Notes: generated by a model not told the origin, from the sequence alone. A DNA stretch of 32,548 bases from Bacteroidota bacterium (GCA_024278155.1 JAJRTT010000035.1:1-32548); one strand, 5' to 3'. Positions 14,979-25,584 are shown, counted from the first letter of the stretch. Translations and numbers: made by a program.

Positions 14979-15009
14979 TTTGCTTTTATAATTAAAATTT
15001 ATACTTTTG
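14979..15009 (+). promoter_or_regulatory. Bacteroidota sigma-A promoter: -33 TTTG (14979-14982) and -7 TACTTTTG (15002-15009), 19-nt spacer
   Basis: It matches the TTTG-N19-21-TAnnTTTG consensus. It lies 44 nt upstream of the rpsU ATG. Confidence 0.55.
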
Positions 15010-15052
15010 CACCCCGATTTTGAAATATTCATTATAATTAAATAACGGAAAA

Positions 15053-15250
15053 ATGATAATAGTACCTGTTAAAGAAGGCGAAAGCATCGAGAGGGCTTTG
15101 AAAAAGTATAAAAGGAAGTTTGAAAAAACCGGAGTTATAAAAGAGTTGCGTGAAAGGCAAAAGTTCACAAAACCTTCTATAAAGAACAGAGAGCAGAGAT
15201 TAAAAGCCATATACGTACAAGGTCTTAGGGATAAGGAAGAAGGCTTGTAG
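15053..15250 (+). CDS. rpsU: 30S ribosomal protein S21
   Basis: MIIVPVKEGESIERALKKYKRKFEKTGVIKELRERQKFTKPSIKNREQ... has typical S21 sequence and length (65 aa). Confidence 0.93.
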   Translation: MIIVPVKEGESIERALKKYKRKFEKTGVIKELRERQKFTKPSIKNREQRLKAIYVQGLRDKEEGL

Positions 15251-15285
15251 TATAAAAGAAATTAACTTTTTTTAAGGAAGAAATA

Positions 15286-15315
15286 CTTGTGTTATCAAAA
15301 TTTTTATTAATTTTG
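15286..15315 (+). promoter_or_regulatory. Candidate promoter: CTTG (-33-like) and TAATTTTG (-7, 15308-15315)
   Basis: The -7 box matches TAnnTTTG. It ends 5 nt before the ATG at 15321 but 29 nt before the ATG at 15345, which argues that 15345 is the real recombinase start. Confidence 0.4.
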
Positions 15316-15344
15316 AGACAATGGTTTCTTCCTTTTTTGTTTTA

Positions 15345-16232
15345 ATGGATATTCAACTTTTTTTTCAATATTTGGAGACTGAGAAAAGATGCTCGCCTCA
15401 CACCTTAAAGGCATACAAAGCTGACCTCGCGCGGTTTTTTGGTTTCATTTCAACCCAATACCATATTAAAGAAATCCCAGAAATAGAACTCCCCATGATT
15501 CGTTCATGGATTGTTTCGATGATGGATAATGGGATATCTTCCCGTACAATCAATAGAAAGCTATCAAGCTTGAAATCACTGTACAGGTTTTTGATCAGGG
15601 AGGATATTGTAAAAGTAAATCCGGTCACTAAAGTAATCCCTCCAAAATCGGCCCAGCCCCTTCCGGTATTTGTCGATAAGAAAGGAATGGATTTGCTTTT
15701 TGACAAAGTGGAATTTGAACAGGGTTTTGTGGGAAGCCGGGACAAGTTGATCTTGGAGATGTTTTATTTCACGGGGGTCAGGTTATCAGAATTGATTGAG
15801 ATGACAGATGCTAATGTCGATTTGTCCCAACAACAAATAAAAGTACTTGGAAAAAGGAACAAGGAGCGTATTATCCCTATTGATATGGTGTTCATCCAAT
15901 CCATTCGGAATTATATCGGGACCAGGAACAAAGAAGTGGGGCAATCCGGGCCGGTCAGTTTTTTATTTCTTACGGAAAGTGGAAACAAAATGTACAAAAA
16001 ACTTGTTTATCGGATAGTGAATTCGTATCTTGGGAAGGTTTCTACATTAACAAAAAAGAGCCCTCATGTTTTAAGGCATACTTTTGCGACACATATGTTG
16101 AACAATGGTGCTAACCTCAATACAATTAAAGAATTCCTTGGCCATTCGAATTTGGCAGCAACACAAATTTATACACATAATACAATAGATAAGCTTAAAT
16201 TGATATATGAACAAGCCCATCCCAGGGCATAA
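15345..16232 (+). CDS. Tyrosine site-specific recombinase, XerC/XerD-like (alternative start 15321)
   Basis: The N-terminal SAM-like domain reads FFQYLETEKRCSPHTLKAYKADL. The catalytic residues appear in context: GVRLSEL (Arg), HVLRHTFATH (His-x-x-Arg) and LGHSNLAATQIYTH (His...Tyr). Confidence 0.88.
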   Translation: MDIQLFFQYLETEKRCSPHTLKAYKADLARFFGFISTQYHIKEIPEIELPMIRSWIVSMMDNGISSRTINRKLSSLKSLYRFLIREDIVKVNPVTKVIPPKSAQPLPVFVDKKGMDLLFDKVEFEQGFVGSRDKLILEMFYFTGVRLSELIEMTDANVDLSQQQIKVLGKRNKERIIPIDMVFIQSIRNYIGTRNKEVGQSGPVSFLFLTESGNKMYKKLVYRIVNSYLGKVSTLTKKSPHVLRHTFATHMLNNGANLNTIKEFLGHSNLAATQIYTHNTIDKLKLIYEQAHPRA

Positions 16233-16252
16233 AATGATGAAAGGACAATTCT

Positions 16253-16552
16253 ATGAAAGTAAAAATTAATTCAGTTCACTTTAAAGCTGACAGCAAACTG
16301 GAAACTTTTATTAACGAAAAAATTGATAAACTTTCTGGTTTGTATGATGGTGTTATTGGAAGTGATGTTACACTTAAAGTTGACAACACCGAGTCGCCTG
16401 AGAACAAAATCACCGAAATCAAGTTAACGGTAAGGGGCAATAACCTATATGCAAAGAAGCAATGCAAGACTTTTGAAGAGGCCACGGATATAGCTGTAGA
16501 TGCCCTGAGAAAGCAGCTTTCGAAGCACAAGGAGAAGTTCAAAAAGAGGTAA
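16253..16552 (+). CDS. hpf: Ribosome hibernation promoting factor / RaiA family (short form)
   Basis: The protein is 99 aa. MKVKINSVHFKADSKLETFINEKIDKL...TEIKLTVRGNNLYAKKQCKTFEEATDIAVDALRKQL is typical of the sigma-54 modulation/S30EA family. Confidence 0.88.
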   Translation: MKVKINSVHFKADSKLETFINEKIDKLSGLYDGVIGSDVTLKVDNTESPENKITEIKLTVRGNNLYAKKQCKTFEEATDIAVDALRKQLSKHKEKFKKR

Positions 16553-16573
16553 ATAAATTTATTTTATTTTTTC

Positions 16574-16605
16574 TTTGATTATTCAAATTATGTTTTATAC
16601 TTTTG
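16574..16605 (+). promoter_or_regulatory. Bacteroidota promoter: -33 TTTG (16574-16577) and -7 TACTTTTG (16598-16605), 20-nt spacer; likely drives the tRNA-tuf unit
   Basis: It matches the consensus and lies 47 nt upstream of tRNA-Thr. The extended TATACTTTTGCA box is the same as the one upstream of rpsU. Confidence 0.5.
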
Positions 16606-16632
16606 CAGTCCTTTTTTTGAGGACTGTTTTTT
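16606..16632 (+). terminator. Hairpin plus T-run downstream of hpf
   Basis: CAGTCCT-ttttttg-AGGACTG followed by TTTTTT. It abuts the -7 box of the tRNA promoter. Confidence 0.45.
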
Positions 16633-16651
16633 ATTGTAGGAAAGCAGAAAT

Positions 16652-16725
16652 GCCAATGTAGCTCAGTTGGCCAGAGCAGCTGATTTGTAATCAGCCGGTC
16701 GGGGGTTCGAATCCCTCCATTGGCT
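16652..16725 (+). tRNA. tRNA-Thr (anticodon TGT)
   Basis: The acceptor is GCCAATG/CATTGGC. The anticodon stem-loop is GCTGA-TTTGTAA-TCAGC. The T loop is TTCGAAT. Confidence 0.93.
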
Positions 16726-16756
16726 CGTTCTTTAAAATGATGAAAACTTAAGAAAC

Positions 16757-16838
16757 GGGGGGATTCCAGAGCGGTCAAATGGGGCAGACTGTAAATCTGT
16801 TGGCGAAGCCTTCGGAGGTTCGAATCCTCCTCCCCCCA
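16757..16838 (+). tRNA. tRNA-Tyr (anticodon GTA), long variable arm
   Basis: The acceptor is GGGGGGA/TCCCCCC. The anticodon loop is CTGTAAA. The variable arm is GGCGAAGCCTTCGG. The T arm is GGAGG-TTCGAAT-CCTCC. Confidence 0.93.
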
Positions 16839-16925
16839 CTCTTCTTTTCTTTGTTGAATTGTAAAACCGGGGAATTGCTTATATTGTTAAGTCGTTTCCT
16901 TTTATGTTGTTCAGCAATTGCTTAA

Positions 16926-16998
16926 GCGGGAGTAGCTCATTTGGTAGAGCGATAGCCTTCCAAGCTATAGGTGGCCGGTTCGAGCCCGGTCTCCCGCT
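16926..16998 (+). tRNA. tRNA-Gly (anticodon TCC)
   Basis: The acceptor is GCGGGAG/CTCCCGC. The anticodon stem-loop is ATAGC-CTTCCAA-GCTAT. The T arm is CCGG-TTCGAGC-CCGG. Confidence 0.93.
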
Positions 16999-17003
16999 CA
17001 AAG

Positions 17004-17075
17004 GCCATTGTAGCTCAGGGGTAGAGCGCTTCCTTGGTAAGGAAGAGGTCATGAGTTCAATTCTCATCAATGGCT
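17004..17075 (+). tRNA. tRNA-Thr (anticodon GGT)
   Basis: The acceptor is GCCATTG/CAATGGC. The anticodon stem-loop is CTTCC-TTGGTAA-GGAAG. The T arm is ATGAG-TTCAATT-CTCAT. Confidence 0.93.
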
Positions 17076-17130
17076 CTTAGTTTGATTCTTTTTTTATACA
17101 TAGTAAACTCTATTTTTAACAATAATTGAT

Positions 17131-18318
17131 ATGGCAAAAGAAAAATTTGATCGTTCCAAACCGCACGTTAATATTGGTACAATTGGTCACGTTGACCACG
17201 GTAAAACCACATTGACCGCTGCTATTACATTAAACCTCCAGGATTCAGGCCTTGCAACATTCAAGTCCTTTGACGAAATTGATAATGCCCCTGAAGAAAA
17301 GGAAAGAGGTATTACAATTAACACAGCTCACGTTGAGTACGAAACTGCCAATAGGCATTATGCACACGTTGACTGTCCCGGTCACGCTGACTATGTGAAG
17401 AATATGGTAACAGGTGCTGCCCAGATGGACGGTGCCATTCTTGTGGTTGCCGCAACTGATGGACCTATGCCCCAAACCAGGGAACATATCCTTCTTGCTC
17501 GTCAGGTAGGTGTGCCTAAAATCGTTGTTTTCATGAACAAGGTTGACATGGTTGACGATGAAGAACTCCTTGAGCTCGTTGACATGGAAATCAGGGAATT
17601 GTTGAGTTTCTACGAATTTGATGGTGACAATACCCCTATAATTCAAGGTTCTGCTCTTGGTGCACTTAACCAGGAAGCAAAATGGATTCCTCAAATCCAT
17701 GAACTGATGGAAGCTTGTGATACTTGGATTCCTTTACCTGAGCGCGACGTTGATAAACCTTTCCTTATGCCTGTTGAGGATGTATTCTCAATTACGGGTC
17801 GTGGAACAGTTGCAACAGGGAGGATTGAATCCGGTGTAATCAAAGTTGGTGAAGCAGTTGATATTATCGGATTGGGTGCAGAAAAACTCAAATCGGTTTG
17901 TACGGGAGTTGAGATGTTCCGTAAAATACTTGATAGGGGAGAAGCCGGTGACAACGCAGGGTTGTTGTTAAGGGTAATTGATAAGAACGAAATTACAAGG
18001 GGAATGGTAATCGCACATCCTGGTTCAATTACTCCCCATACCCATTTTAAAGCTGAGGTTTATATCCTGAAGAAAGAAGAAGGTGGAAGGCATACCCCGT
18101 TCCATAACAACTATCGTCCGCAGTTCTATTTCAGGACAACGGACGTTACCGGGGAGATTATTTTACCAGAAGGTGTAGAAATGATCATGCCTGGTGATAA
18201 CCTTACAATTGAAGTGAAATTGATCACTGAAATTGCAATGGCTAAAAACCTGAGGTTTGCTATTCGTGAAGGTGGCCGTACAGTTGGTGCTGGTCAGGTA
18301 ACCGAAATCATAGAGTAG
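17131..18318 (+). CDS. tuf: Translation elongation factor Tu
   Basis: [45 protein letters not shown] and NKVD are the G1, G3 and G4 motifs. The length is 395 aa. Confidence 0.98.
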   Translation: MAKEKFDRSKPHVNIGTIGHVDHGKTTLTAAITLNLQDSGLATFKSFDEIDNAPEEKERGITINTAHVEYETANRHYAHVDCPGHADYVKNMVTGAAQMDGAILVVAATDGPMPQTREHILLARQVGVPKIVVFMNKVDMVDDEELLELVDMEIRELLSFYEFDGDNTPIIQGSALGALNQEAKWIPQIHELMEACDTWIPLPERDVDKPFLMPVEDVFSITGRGTVATGRIESGVIKVGEAVDIIGLGAEKLKSVCTGVEMFRKILDRGEAGDNAGLLLRVIDKNEITRGMVIAHPGSITPHTHFKAEVYILKKEEGGRHTPFHNNYRPQFYFRTTDVTGEIILPEGVEMIMPGDNLTIEVKLITEIAMAKNLRFAIREGGRTVGAGQVTEIIE

Positions 18319-18346
18319 CAATAGCCTGTTTGATATAAAATTTGAT

Positions 18347-18379
18347 AAAGGTATCCCGTAAGAATTTCGGGATGCCTTT
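18347..18379 (+). terminator. 12-bp hairpin after tuf (terminator, attenuator or processing signal before tRNA-Trp)
   Basis: AAAGGTATCCCG-taagaattt-CGGGATGCCTTT, with one G-U pair. It is followed by ATATG, so there is no strong T-run. Confidence 0.4.
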
Positions 18380-18411
18380 ATATGCAAATTGCGAATATTT
18401 ATCAATTACGA

Positions 18412-18484
18412 ACGGGTGTAGCTCAGCTGGTAGAGCTCTGGTCTCCAAAACCAGGAGTCGTGGGTTCGAATCCTACCACCCGTG
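18412..18484 (+). tRNA. tRNA-Trp (anticodon CCA)
   Basis: The acceptor is ACGGGTG/CACCCGT. The anticodon stem-loop is CTGGT-CTCCAAA-ACCAG. The T loop is TTCGAAT. Confidence 0.93.
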
Positions 18485-18499
18485 CAAAAGTTTAATACA

Positions 18500-18697
18500 A
18501 TGGCAAAATTCAGTATATCAGGTTACGCAAAAGAAAGTTATGACGAACTTGTTCATAAAGTATCGTGGCCCACATGGAGCGAGCTCCAGAACAGCGCAAT
18601 CGTAGTTTCGGTGGCTTCCCTTATTATTGCCTTTGTGGTTTATTTAATGGATTTTTCTTTTCAGAGCCTAATGAAATTATTTTATAATAATTTTTAG
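18500..18697 (+). CDS. secE: Preprotein translocase subunit SecE
   Basis: The ATG at 18500 gives MAKFSISGYAKESYDELVHKVSWPTWSELQNSAIVVSVASLIIAFVVYLMD, with a single C-terminal TM. Its position between tRNA-Trp and nusG is canonical. The listed 18482 start is a GTG inside the tRNA. Confidence 0.88.
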   Translation: MAKFSISGYAKESYDELVHKVSWPTWSELQNSAIVVSVASLIIAFVVYLMDFSFQSLMKLFYNNF

Positions 18698-18759
18698 TAT
18701 CGCATTCCTGATTGTAGATAAACCAAATTGTGCATTTAAAGATAATCATTACCTAAGAA

Positions 18760-19302
18760 ATGAGCGAACAAGTTAAAAAGTGGTATGTTGTAAGGGCCAT
18801 TAGCGGAAGCGAGAAAAAGGCAAAGCAATATCTTGATAGCGAGATTAAGCGATTGAAATTGGAAGATTTCATTTCGAAGGTGCTCATTCCTTATGAGAAA
18901 GTATATCAGGTAAGGAACGGGAAAAAAATCAGTAAAGAGAGAAACCTGTACCCCGGTTATATCCTTATTGAAGCTGCATTGGTCGGCGAAATCCCCCACA
19001 TTATCAAAAGTATCCCCAATGTAATCGGGTTTATAGGGACAAGGGGGGAACCCAATGCTTTGCGGATGTCAGAGGTGAACCGTATCCTTGGTAAAGTAGA
19101 TGAACTTGCAGAACAGGGCGAAGAGGTGAACATACCATTTATTATTGGAGAGTCGGTTAAGGTTATCGATGGGCCATTTAATAGCTTCAGTGGTGTGATC
19201 GAGGAAATCAACGAAGAGAAGAAAAAACTGAAAGTGATGGTAAAGATCTTCGGAAGGAAAACACCACTCGAACTTGGTTTTATGCAAGTCGAAAAAGAAT
19301 AA
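18760..19302 (+). CDS. nusG: Transcription termination/antitermination factor NusG
   Basis: The NGN domain reads KKWYVVRAISGSEKKAKQYL. The C-terminal KOW region reads GESVKVIDGPFNSFSGVIEEINEEKKKLKVMVKIFGRKTPLEL. Confidence 0.95.
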   Translation: MSEQVKKWYVVRAISGSEKKAKQYLDSEIKRLKLEDFISKVLIPYEKVYQVRNGKKISKERNLYPGYILIEAALVGEIPHIIKSIPNVIGFIGTRGEPNALRMSEVNRILGKVDELAEQGEEVNIPFIIGESVKVIDGPFNSFSGVIEEINEEKKKLKVMVKIFGRKTPLELGFMQVEKE

Positions 19303-19384
19303 AATTGAATATTGAGCTGTTACACAATATAAATTCAAGCTGTTACGCAAAACAATTATTTATTTAAAGTTTAGATTTTAAAAG

Positions 19385-19828
19385 ATGGCTAAAGAAGTAA
19401 GTGGATTAATCAAATTACAAATCAGGGGAGGCGCTGCAAATCCTTCACCACCAGTTGGGCCTGCATTGGGTGCAAAAGGTGTTAATATAATGGAATTTTG
19501 CAAGCAGTTTAATGCGCGTACACAGGATAAAGCCGGCAAAGTACTTCCGGTGATTATCAGTGTTTACAAAGACAAATCCTTTGATTTCATCATCAAAACC
19601 CCGCCGGTTGCGGTTCAGTTACTTGATGCGGCAAAGCTTAAAAAGGGCTCTCCTGAATCCAATAGGTTAAAGGTGGCCACTGTTAGCTGGGATCAAATAC
19701 AATCAATTGCCGAAGGGAAAATGGTTGACATGAATGCCTTTACGGTAGAGTCCGCGATGCACATGGTTGCAGGAACTGCCAGAAGTATGGGCATAAAGGT
19801 TAAAGGCGCTTTTCCGGTAAGTAATTAA
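19385..19828 (+). CDS. rplK: 50S ribosomal protein L11
   Basis: [43 protein letters not shown] is the canonical L11 N-terminus. Confidence 0.97.
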   Translation: MAKEVSGLIKLQIRGGAANPSPPVGPALGAKGVNIMEFCKQFNARTQDKAGKVLPVIISVYKDKSFDFIIKTPPVAVQLLDAAKLKKGSPESNRLKVATVSWDQIQSIAEGKMVDMNAFTVESAMHMVAGTARSMGIKVKGAFPVSN

Positions 19829-19914
19829 AATTGCAATTTCACGGATTTGCATCATTTAATCGTGATTGTGATTTGTGGGGAAATATAACTAGAGTTAATT
19901 AATAAAAAGGTAAA

Positions 19915-20610
19915 ATGGCCAAATTAACTAAGAATAAGAAAGAAGTTTTAGCTAAATTCGATAAAGAAGGGATATATCCTATTACCGATGCTGCTGGTAT
20001 TGTCAAAAAAATCACATATACCAAATTTGATGCATCTATCGATATGGATATTCGATTGGGCGTTGACCCCCGAAAAGCCAATCAAATGGTGCGGGGAACA
20101 GTTGCCCTTCCTCATGGTACAGGTAAATCAATAAGAGTACTTGTGCTGTGCAGTCCTGATAAAGAAGAAGAAGCTAAAGAAGCAGGAGCTGATTATGTTG
20201 GACTTGATGAATACGTCCAGAAAATAAAAGGTGGATGGACTGATATTGATATAGTTATTACAATGCCAAGTGTTATGTCAAAAGTAGGTGCATTGGGAAG
20301 GATATTAGGCCCCAGGGGACTGATGCCCAATCCTAAGAGCGGTACAGTGACCATGGACATTGGCAAAGCAGTAAAAGCAGTAAAAGCAGGTAAAATTGAT
20401 TTCAAGGTTGATAAAACAGGGATCATTCATGCAGCTATCGGTAAAGTATCTTTTAACGAAGATATGATCATTGATAATGCAAGAGAACTTATTAATACAA
20501 TTATGAAGTTAAAACCTTCTGCTGCAAAAGGTACCTATGTAAAAAGTATTTATTTGTCAAGTACAATGAGTCCTGGTATTCAAATCGATCCTAAATCAGT
20601 TACTTTATAG
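19915..20610 (+). CDS. rplA: 50S ribosomal protein L1
   Basis: [34 protein letters not shown] is the canonical L1 motif. The length is 231 aa. Confidence 0.97.
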   Translation: MAKLTKNKKEVLAKFDKEGIYPITDAAGIVKKITYTKFDASIDMDIRLGVDPRKANQMVRGTVALPHGTGKSIRVLVLCSPDKEEEAKEAGADYVGLDEYVQKIKGGWTDIDIVITMPSVMSKVGALGRILGPRGLMPNPKSGTVTMDIGKAVKAVKAGKIDFKVDKTGIIHAAIGKVSFNEDMIIDNARELINTIMKLKPSAAKGTYVKSIYLSSTMSPGIQIDPKSVTL

Positions 20611-20642
20611 TATTAACAGATTAAAGGTAAAAGACTTTCATA

Positions 20643-21167
20643 ATGAAAAAAAGTGAAAAAAATCAACTTATAGATATCATTGCCGAACAACTAAATCAGA
20701 ACAGCAATATTTATGTGGCAGATATTTCAAACCTGGATGCAGAAAATACAAGCAACCTGAGAAGGCTTTGTTTTAAAAACGATATCAAGTTGACCGTTGT
20801 CAAGAACACATTGCTCAAAAGAGCGATGGAAAAATCAGGGAAGAACCTCGATGATCTATATGAAATCCTTCAAGGCCCTACTTCCCTTATGTTTTCCGAG
20901 GCAGGAAATGCTCCTGCAAAACTCATAAAGGAGTTCAGGAAAAAGACGAAGGACAGGCCCTTGTTAAAAGGTGCTTATGTGGAAGAATCAACTTATCTGG
21001 GTGACGACCAACTGGAAACACTTGTAAACATCAAATCGAAAAACGAACTGATCGGCGACGTGATTGCATTGTTGCAATCCCCGGCCAAAAATGTCATTTC
21101 GGCATTACAATCAGGTGGTCAAAGTCTTACCGGAATTCTTAAAACCTTATCGGAAAAAGAAGGATAG
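20643..21167 (+). CDS. rplJ: 50S ribosomal protein L10
   Basis: The call rests on its position between rplA and rplL, its 174 aa length, and the L10-like sequence LRRLCFKNDIKLTVVKNTLLKRA. Confidence 0.92.
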   Translation: MKKSEKNQLIDIIAEQLNQNSNIYVADISNLDAENTSNLRRLCFKNDIKLTVVKNTLLKRAMEKSGKNLDDLYEILQGPTSLMFSEAGNAPAKLIKEFRKKTKDRPLLKGAYVEESTYLGDDQLETLVNIKSKNELIGDVIALLQSPAKNVISALQSGGQSLTGILKTLSEKEG

Positions 21168-21232
21168 GGCAATTTAGATTATTTCAACTAGTAAAAAAAC
21201 AATTTGTATAACATTAATAAAACGAATATAAA

Positions 21233-21610
21233 ATGGCAGACTTAAAAGCATTTGCAGAACAATTAGTTAATTTGACTGTTAAAGAAGTAAACGAATTAGC
21301 TGAAATCTTAAAAGACGAATATGGAATCGAACCTGCAGCAGCAGCTGTTGCAATTGCAGGACCGGCAGCAGGCGGCGAAGGCGCGGTAGCCGAAGAACAA
21401 ACCGAATTTGATGTAGTCCTTACAGCAGCGGGCCAATCAAAACTGGCCGTTGTGAAACTGGTTAAAGAACTTACCAGCCTTGGTCTCAAAGAAGCCAAGG
21501 AATTGGTTGACTCAGCACCTAAAGCTATCAAAGAAGGTGTAACAAAAGATGAAGCAGACGCATTACAAAAGCAATTGGAAGAAGCAGGAGCAGAGGTTGA
21601 GGTTAAATAA
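21233..21610 (+). CDS. rplL: 50S ribosomal protein L7/L12
   Basis: An Ala/Gly-rich hinge ([17 protein letters not shown]) is followed by the C-terminal domain [28 protein letters not shown]...[11 protein letters not shown]. Confidence 0.97.
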   Translation: MADLKAFAEQLVNLTVKEVNELAEILKDEYGIEPAAAAVAIAGPAAGGEGAVAEEQTEFDVVLTAAGQSKLAVVKLVKELTSLGLKEAKELVDSAPKAIKEGVTKDEADALQKQLEEAGAEVEVK

Positions 21611-21631
21611 GGATTTTAGATTGTGCTGCTG

Positions 21632-21676
21632 GAATTAGGCTGCTATTGCATTGTAAAATGTTTGGCGGTCTAATTC
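21632..21676 (+). terminator. Possible rplL-rpoB intergenic attenuator hairpin
   Basis: GAATTAGGC...GTCTAATTC forms 9 bp including one G-U and can be extended with wobble pairs. T-rich sequence follows further downstream. The call is weak. Confidence 0.3.
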
Positions 21677-21722
21677 TATATTTGTATGTTCTTATTTTTT
21701 TAACTTTTAAATACTTACAACC

Positions 21723-24700
21723 TTGGCTATTTCCGACAACAACAGAATCAATTTTAGTTCCACAAAAATAAAATACGAATATCCCGATTTTCTTGATATC
21801 CAGGTGAAATCCTTCCAGGACTTTTTTCAGCTGGAAACCAACCCTGAGAACAGGATCAACGAGGGATTGTATAAGGTTTTTAGTGAAAACTTTCCAATTA
21901 CCGATGCCAGGAACAACTTTGTATTGGAATTCCTTGATTATTTCATTGATCCCCCCCGGTATTCAATCGTGGAGTGCAATGAAAGGGGATTGACTTACAG
22001 TGTCCCCTTAAAGGCAAAACTGAAACTTTATTGTACCGACCCGGAGCATGAGGATTTTGAAACCATCATCCAGGATGTTTATTTGGGCATGATCCCCTAT
22101 ATGACACCCAAGGGCACCTTCATTGTCAACGGGGCAGAAAGGGTAATCGTTTCGCAATTGCACCGTTCGCCAGGTGTTTTCTTCGGACAGCACAAACATG
22201 CCAATGGTACTACACTGTATTCAGCCAGGATTATCCCTTTCAAAGGATCATGGATCGAATTCACAACTGACATCAACAATGTGATGTATGCGTACATCGA
22301 CAGGAAGAAAAAACTACCCGTAACCACTTTGTTGCGTGCAATTGGATATGAAACCGACAAAGACATCCTTGAGATATTTAACCTTGCAGATGAAATCAAA
22401 GTGAGTAAAGCCGGGTTGAAAAGGGTTATCGGAAGAAGATTGGCCGCAAGGGTCGTATGTTCATGGGTAGAGGATTTCGTGGATGAGGATACAGGTGAAG
22501 TAGTTTCAATTGAAAGGACGGAAGTAATCATTGACCATGAAACCGAGCTTGAAACAGCCCATATTGCACAAATTATGGATTCCGGTGTGAAAACAATTCT
22601 TTTGCACCGCGATGAAACAACGGCTACCGACTTTTCCATTATTTTCAATACCCTGCAAAAAGATACGGCCAACTCTGAAAAAGAAGCTGTTGAATTTATT
22701 TACAGGCAATTGAGGAATGCCGAGCCACCTGATGAGGAAACCGCACGTGGTATTATCGACAAATTGTTTTTCTCCGATAAAAGATATGACCTTGGGGAAG
22801 TTGGAAGATATCGGATAAACAAAAAATTGGGTTTATCCGTTGATTCAAATACCAAAGTCCTTACAAAAGAAGATATTATCGATATCCTGAAATACCTGAT
22901 TGAATTGGTCAATTCAAAAACAGATGTAGATGATATTGACCACTTGAGCAACAGGAGGGTGAGAACTGTTGGTGAGCAGTTGTATTCCCAGTTTGGAGTT
23001 GGTCTTGCGCGTATGGCAAGAACTATCCGGGAAAGGATGAACGTCAGGGACAACGAGGTTTTTACACCAACTGACCTGATCAATGCCAAAACACTCTCTT
23101 CGGTTATCAATTCGTTTTTTGGCACCAATGCTTTGTCGCAGTTTATGGATCAAACAAATCCGTTGTCGGAGTTGACCCATAAAAGAAGGATTTCCGCTTT
23201 GGGCCCTGGTGGATTGTCAAGGGAAAGGGCAGGCTTTGAGGTACGTGACGTTCACTATACCCACTATGGCCGTCTTTGTACGATTGAAACACCTGAAGGC
23301 CCGAATATTGGTTTGATTTCTTCACTTTGTGTTTATGCCAAGATCAACAGGCTGGGGTTTATCGAAACACCTTATAAGAAGGTTGTTGACGGGGTTGTTC
23401 AAATGGACGAACCACCGGTTTACCTGAGTGCCGAAGAAGAAGAAGATAAGATTATAGCCCAGGCAAATACTGTGCTTGAAGATGATGGTAATTTTGTGAA
23501 CGACAGGGTGAAAGTCCGGTTTTTTGCCGATTACCCGATTATAGAAAAAACGAATGTCAATTTAATTGATATCGCCCCGAACCAGATTGCCTCCATTGCT
23601 GCTTCGCTCATCCCGTTCCTGGAACATGATGATGCCAACAGGGCTTTGATGGGATCAAACATGATGCGGCAGGCAGTACCGCTCTTGAATTCCGAAGCCC
23701 CGGTCGTGGGAACAGGGATTGAAGGGCCACTTGCCCGTGATTCCCGAGTTTTGATCAATGCCGAAGGGGATGGTGTGGTCGAGTTTGTTGATGCAAACGA
23801 AATCAGGATCAAATATTCGCGCCACGAAGATGAAAAACTGGTCAGTTTTGAAGATGATGAAAAAACCTATTTTCTGACAAAATTCAAAAGGACCAATCAA
23901 AATACGTCCATTAACCTTCGTCCCATTGTGAAAAAGGGGGACAAGGTGCAAAAAGGACAAGTGCTTTGCGAGGGATATGCAACCCAGGATGGAGAACTTG
24001 CACTTGGTAGGAACTTGATGGTTGCTTTCATGCCCTGGAAAGGATATAATTTTGAGGATGCCATTGTTATTAGCGAAAAAGTTGTAAAGGAAGATATATT
24101 TACTTCCGTTCATATCGAAGAATTTACCCTGGAAGTAAGGGATACTAAACGTGGGATCGAAGAATTAACAGCTGATATTCCCAATGTGAGTGCGGAAGCC
24201 ACAAAGGATCTGGATGATAATGGGATTATCAGGATTGGTGCAGAAGTGAGGGAAGGTGATATCCTGATCGGGAAAATAACCCCGAAAGGTGAATCTGACC
24301 CAACTCCGGAAGAAAAGCTTCTTAGGGCCATTTTTGGTGACAAGGCCGGTGACGTGAAAGATGCCTCTTTAAAGGCACCCCCTTCGATGAAAGGTGTCGT
24401 GATTGATAAAAGGCTTTTTTCCAGGGCCATCAAAGACAGAAAGGCAAAAACAAAGGAGAAGGAGATTATCGAAATCCTGGACGTTGAATACAATAAAAAT
24501 ATCGAGGAGCTAAAAAGCAAACTTGTCGATAAATTGACAGTTCTCGTGAGTGGCAAAACTTCCCAGGGAGTGTTCAATAAATTCAAGGAAGAACAGATTC
24601 CCAAGAAAACAAAGTTCACCCAAAAATTGCTTCAGGGCATTGATTACCTGAACGTGAACTCTTCCAAGTGGACCACCGATAAAGCAAAGAATGAGTTGAT

Positions 24701-25532
24701 CAAGCGATTGATTAACAACTATACCATAAAATACAAGGAGTATCTTGGCATTTATAACCGCAAGAAATTCGTTGCAAGTGTCGGGGATGACCTTCCCAAT
24801 GGAATTGTGCAAATGGCGAAAGTTTTTGTTGCCAAAAAACGAAAGTTGACCGTAGGTGATAAAATGGCCGGACGACATGGGAACAAAGGCATTGTTGCCA
24901 AGATTGTACGTGAAGAAGATATGCCGTTCCTTGAAGATGGAACCCCTGTTGATATCGTCCTTAACCCCTTGGGCGTACCTTCAAGGATGAACCTCGGACA
25001 GATTTACGAAACCATTCTTGCATGGGCCGGTATGAGGCTTGGTGTCAAGTTCGCTTCCCCGATTTTTGATGGGGCAACTGCCGAGCAAATCGATGGGTAT
25101 ATGAAAAAAGCCGGACTTCCTTCCAATGGGATGGTTTATCTTTATGATGGCGGGACCGGAAAAAAATTCGACCAGCCGGCAACTGTTGGTTATATCTACA
25201 TGCTGAAACTTCACCATATGGTGGATGATAAGATGCACGCCCGTTCCATTGGCCCTTACTCGCTTATTACCCAGCAGCCTCTTGGTGGTAAAGCCCAGTT
25301 TGGTGGACAAAGGTTTGGTGAGATGGAAGTCTGGGCACTCGAGGCCTTTGGTGCGGCCAATGTGCTGCAAGAAGTCCTTACCGTCAAGTCAGATGATGTG
25401 GTGGGACGTGCTAAAGCCTATGAATCCATTGTGAAAGGTGAAAATATGCCCAGGCCAAATGTCCCTGAATCATTTAACGTTCTTGTACATGAATTGAGGG
25501 GCCTTGGCCTGAATGTTACTTTCGACAAGTAA
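21723..25532 (+). CDS. rpoB: DNA-directed RNA polymerase beta subunit (apparent TTG start)
   Basis: The protein is 1269 aa with conserved blocks throughout, for example [20 protein letters not shown] and [18 protein letters not shown]. The first in-frame start after the upstream TAA is TTG at 21723. Confidence 0.98.
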   Translation: MAISDNNRINFSSTKIKYEYPDFLDIQVKSFQDFFQLETNPENRINEGLYKVFSENFPITDARNNFVLEFLDYFIDPPRYSIVECNERGLTYSVPLKAKLKLYCTDPEHEDFETIIQDVYLGMIPYMTPKGTFIVNGAERVIVSQLHRSPGVFFGQHKHANGTTLYSARIIPFKGSWIEFTTDINNVMYAYIDRKKKLPVTTLLRAIGYETDKDILEIFNLADEIKVSKAGLKRVIGRRLAARVVCSWVEDFVDEDTGEVVSIERTEVIIDHETELETAHIAQIMDSGVKTILLHRDETTATDFSIIFNTLQKDTANSEKEAVEFIYRQLRNAEPPDEETARGIIDKLFFSDKRYDLGEVGRYRINKKLGLSVDSNTKVLTKEDIIDILKYLIELVNSKTDVDDIDHLSNRRVRTVGEQLYSQFGVGLARMARTIRERMNVRDNEVFTPTDLINAKTLSSVINSFFGTNALSQFMDQTNPLSELTHKRRISALGPGGLSRERAGFEVRDVHYTHYGRLCTIETPEGPNIGLISSLCVYAKINRLGFIETPYKKVVDGVVQMDEPPVYLSAEEEEDKIIAQANTVLEDDGNFVNDRVKVRFFADYPIIEKTNVNLIDIAPNQIASIAASLIPFLEHDDANRALMGSNMMRQAVPLLNSEAPVVGTGIEGPLARDSRVLINAEGDGVVEFVDANEIRIKYSRHEDEKLVSFEDDEKTYFLTKFKRTNQNTSINLRPIVKKGDKVQKGQVLCEGYATQDGELALGRNLMVAFMPWKGYNFEDAIVISEKVVKEDIFTSVHIEEFTLEVRDTKRGIEELTADIPNVSAEATKDLDDNGIIRIGAEVREGDILIGKITPKGESDPTPEEKLLRAIFGDKAGDVKDASLKAPPSMKGVVIDKRLFSRAIKDRKAKTKEKEIIEILDVEYNKNIEELKSKLVDKLTVLVSGKTSQGVFNKFKEEQIPKKTKFTQKLLQGIDYLNVNSSKWTTDKAKNELIKRLINNYTIKYKEYLGIYNRKKFVASVGDDLPNGIVQMAKVFVAKKRKLTVGDKMAGRHGNKGIVAKIVREEDMPFLEDGTPVDIVLNPLGVPSRMNLGQIYETILAWAGMRLGVKFASPIFDGATAEQIDGYMKKAGLPSNGMVYLYDGGTGKKFDQPATVGYIYMLKLHHMVDDKMHARSIGPYSLITQQPLGGKAQFGGQRFGEMEVWALEAFGAANVLQEVLTVKSDDVVGRAKAYESIVKGENMPRPNVPESFNVLVHELRGLGLNVTFDK

Positions 25533-25584
25533 TTCTCACATTCTGTTTTTTGTAATTTTTTAACTGAATTAAAGTACATACTAT

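Noticed and set aside
15321-17075. A tyrosine recombinase sits next to a cluster of four tRNA genes, which raised the question of an integrative element or genomic island.
   Set aside because: The order rpsU, XerC/D-like recombinase, hpf, tRNA-Thr/Tyr/Gly/Thr, tuf is a conserved core arrangement in Bacteroidota. I saw no duplicated tRNA 3' ends (att-like direct repeats), and the flanking genes are housekeeping.
18482-18499. The ORF track extends secE upstream to a GTG start at 18482.
   Set aside because: That GTG lies inside the 3' acceptor end of tRNA-Trp. The ATG at 18500 gives a normal SecE N-terminus.
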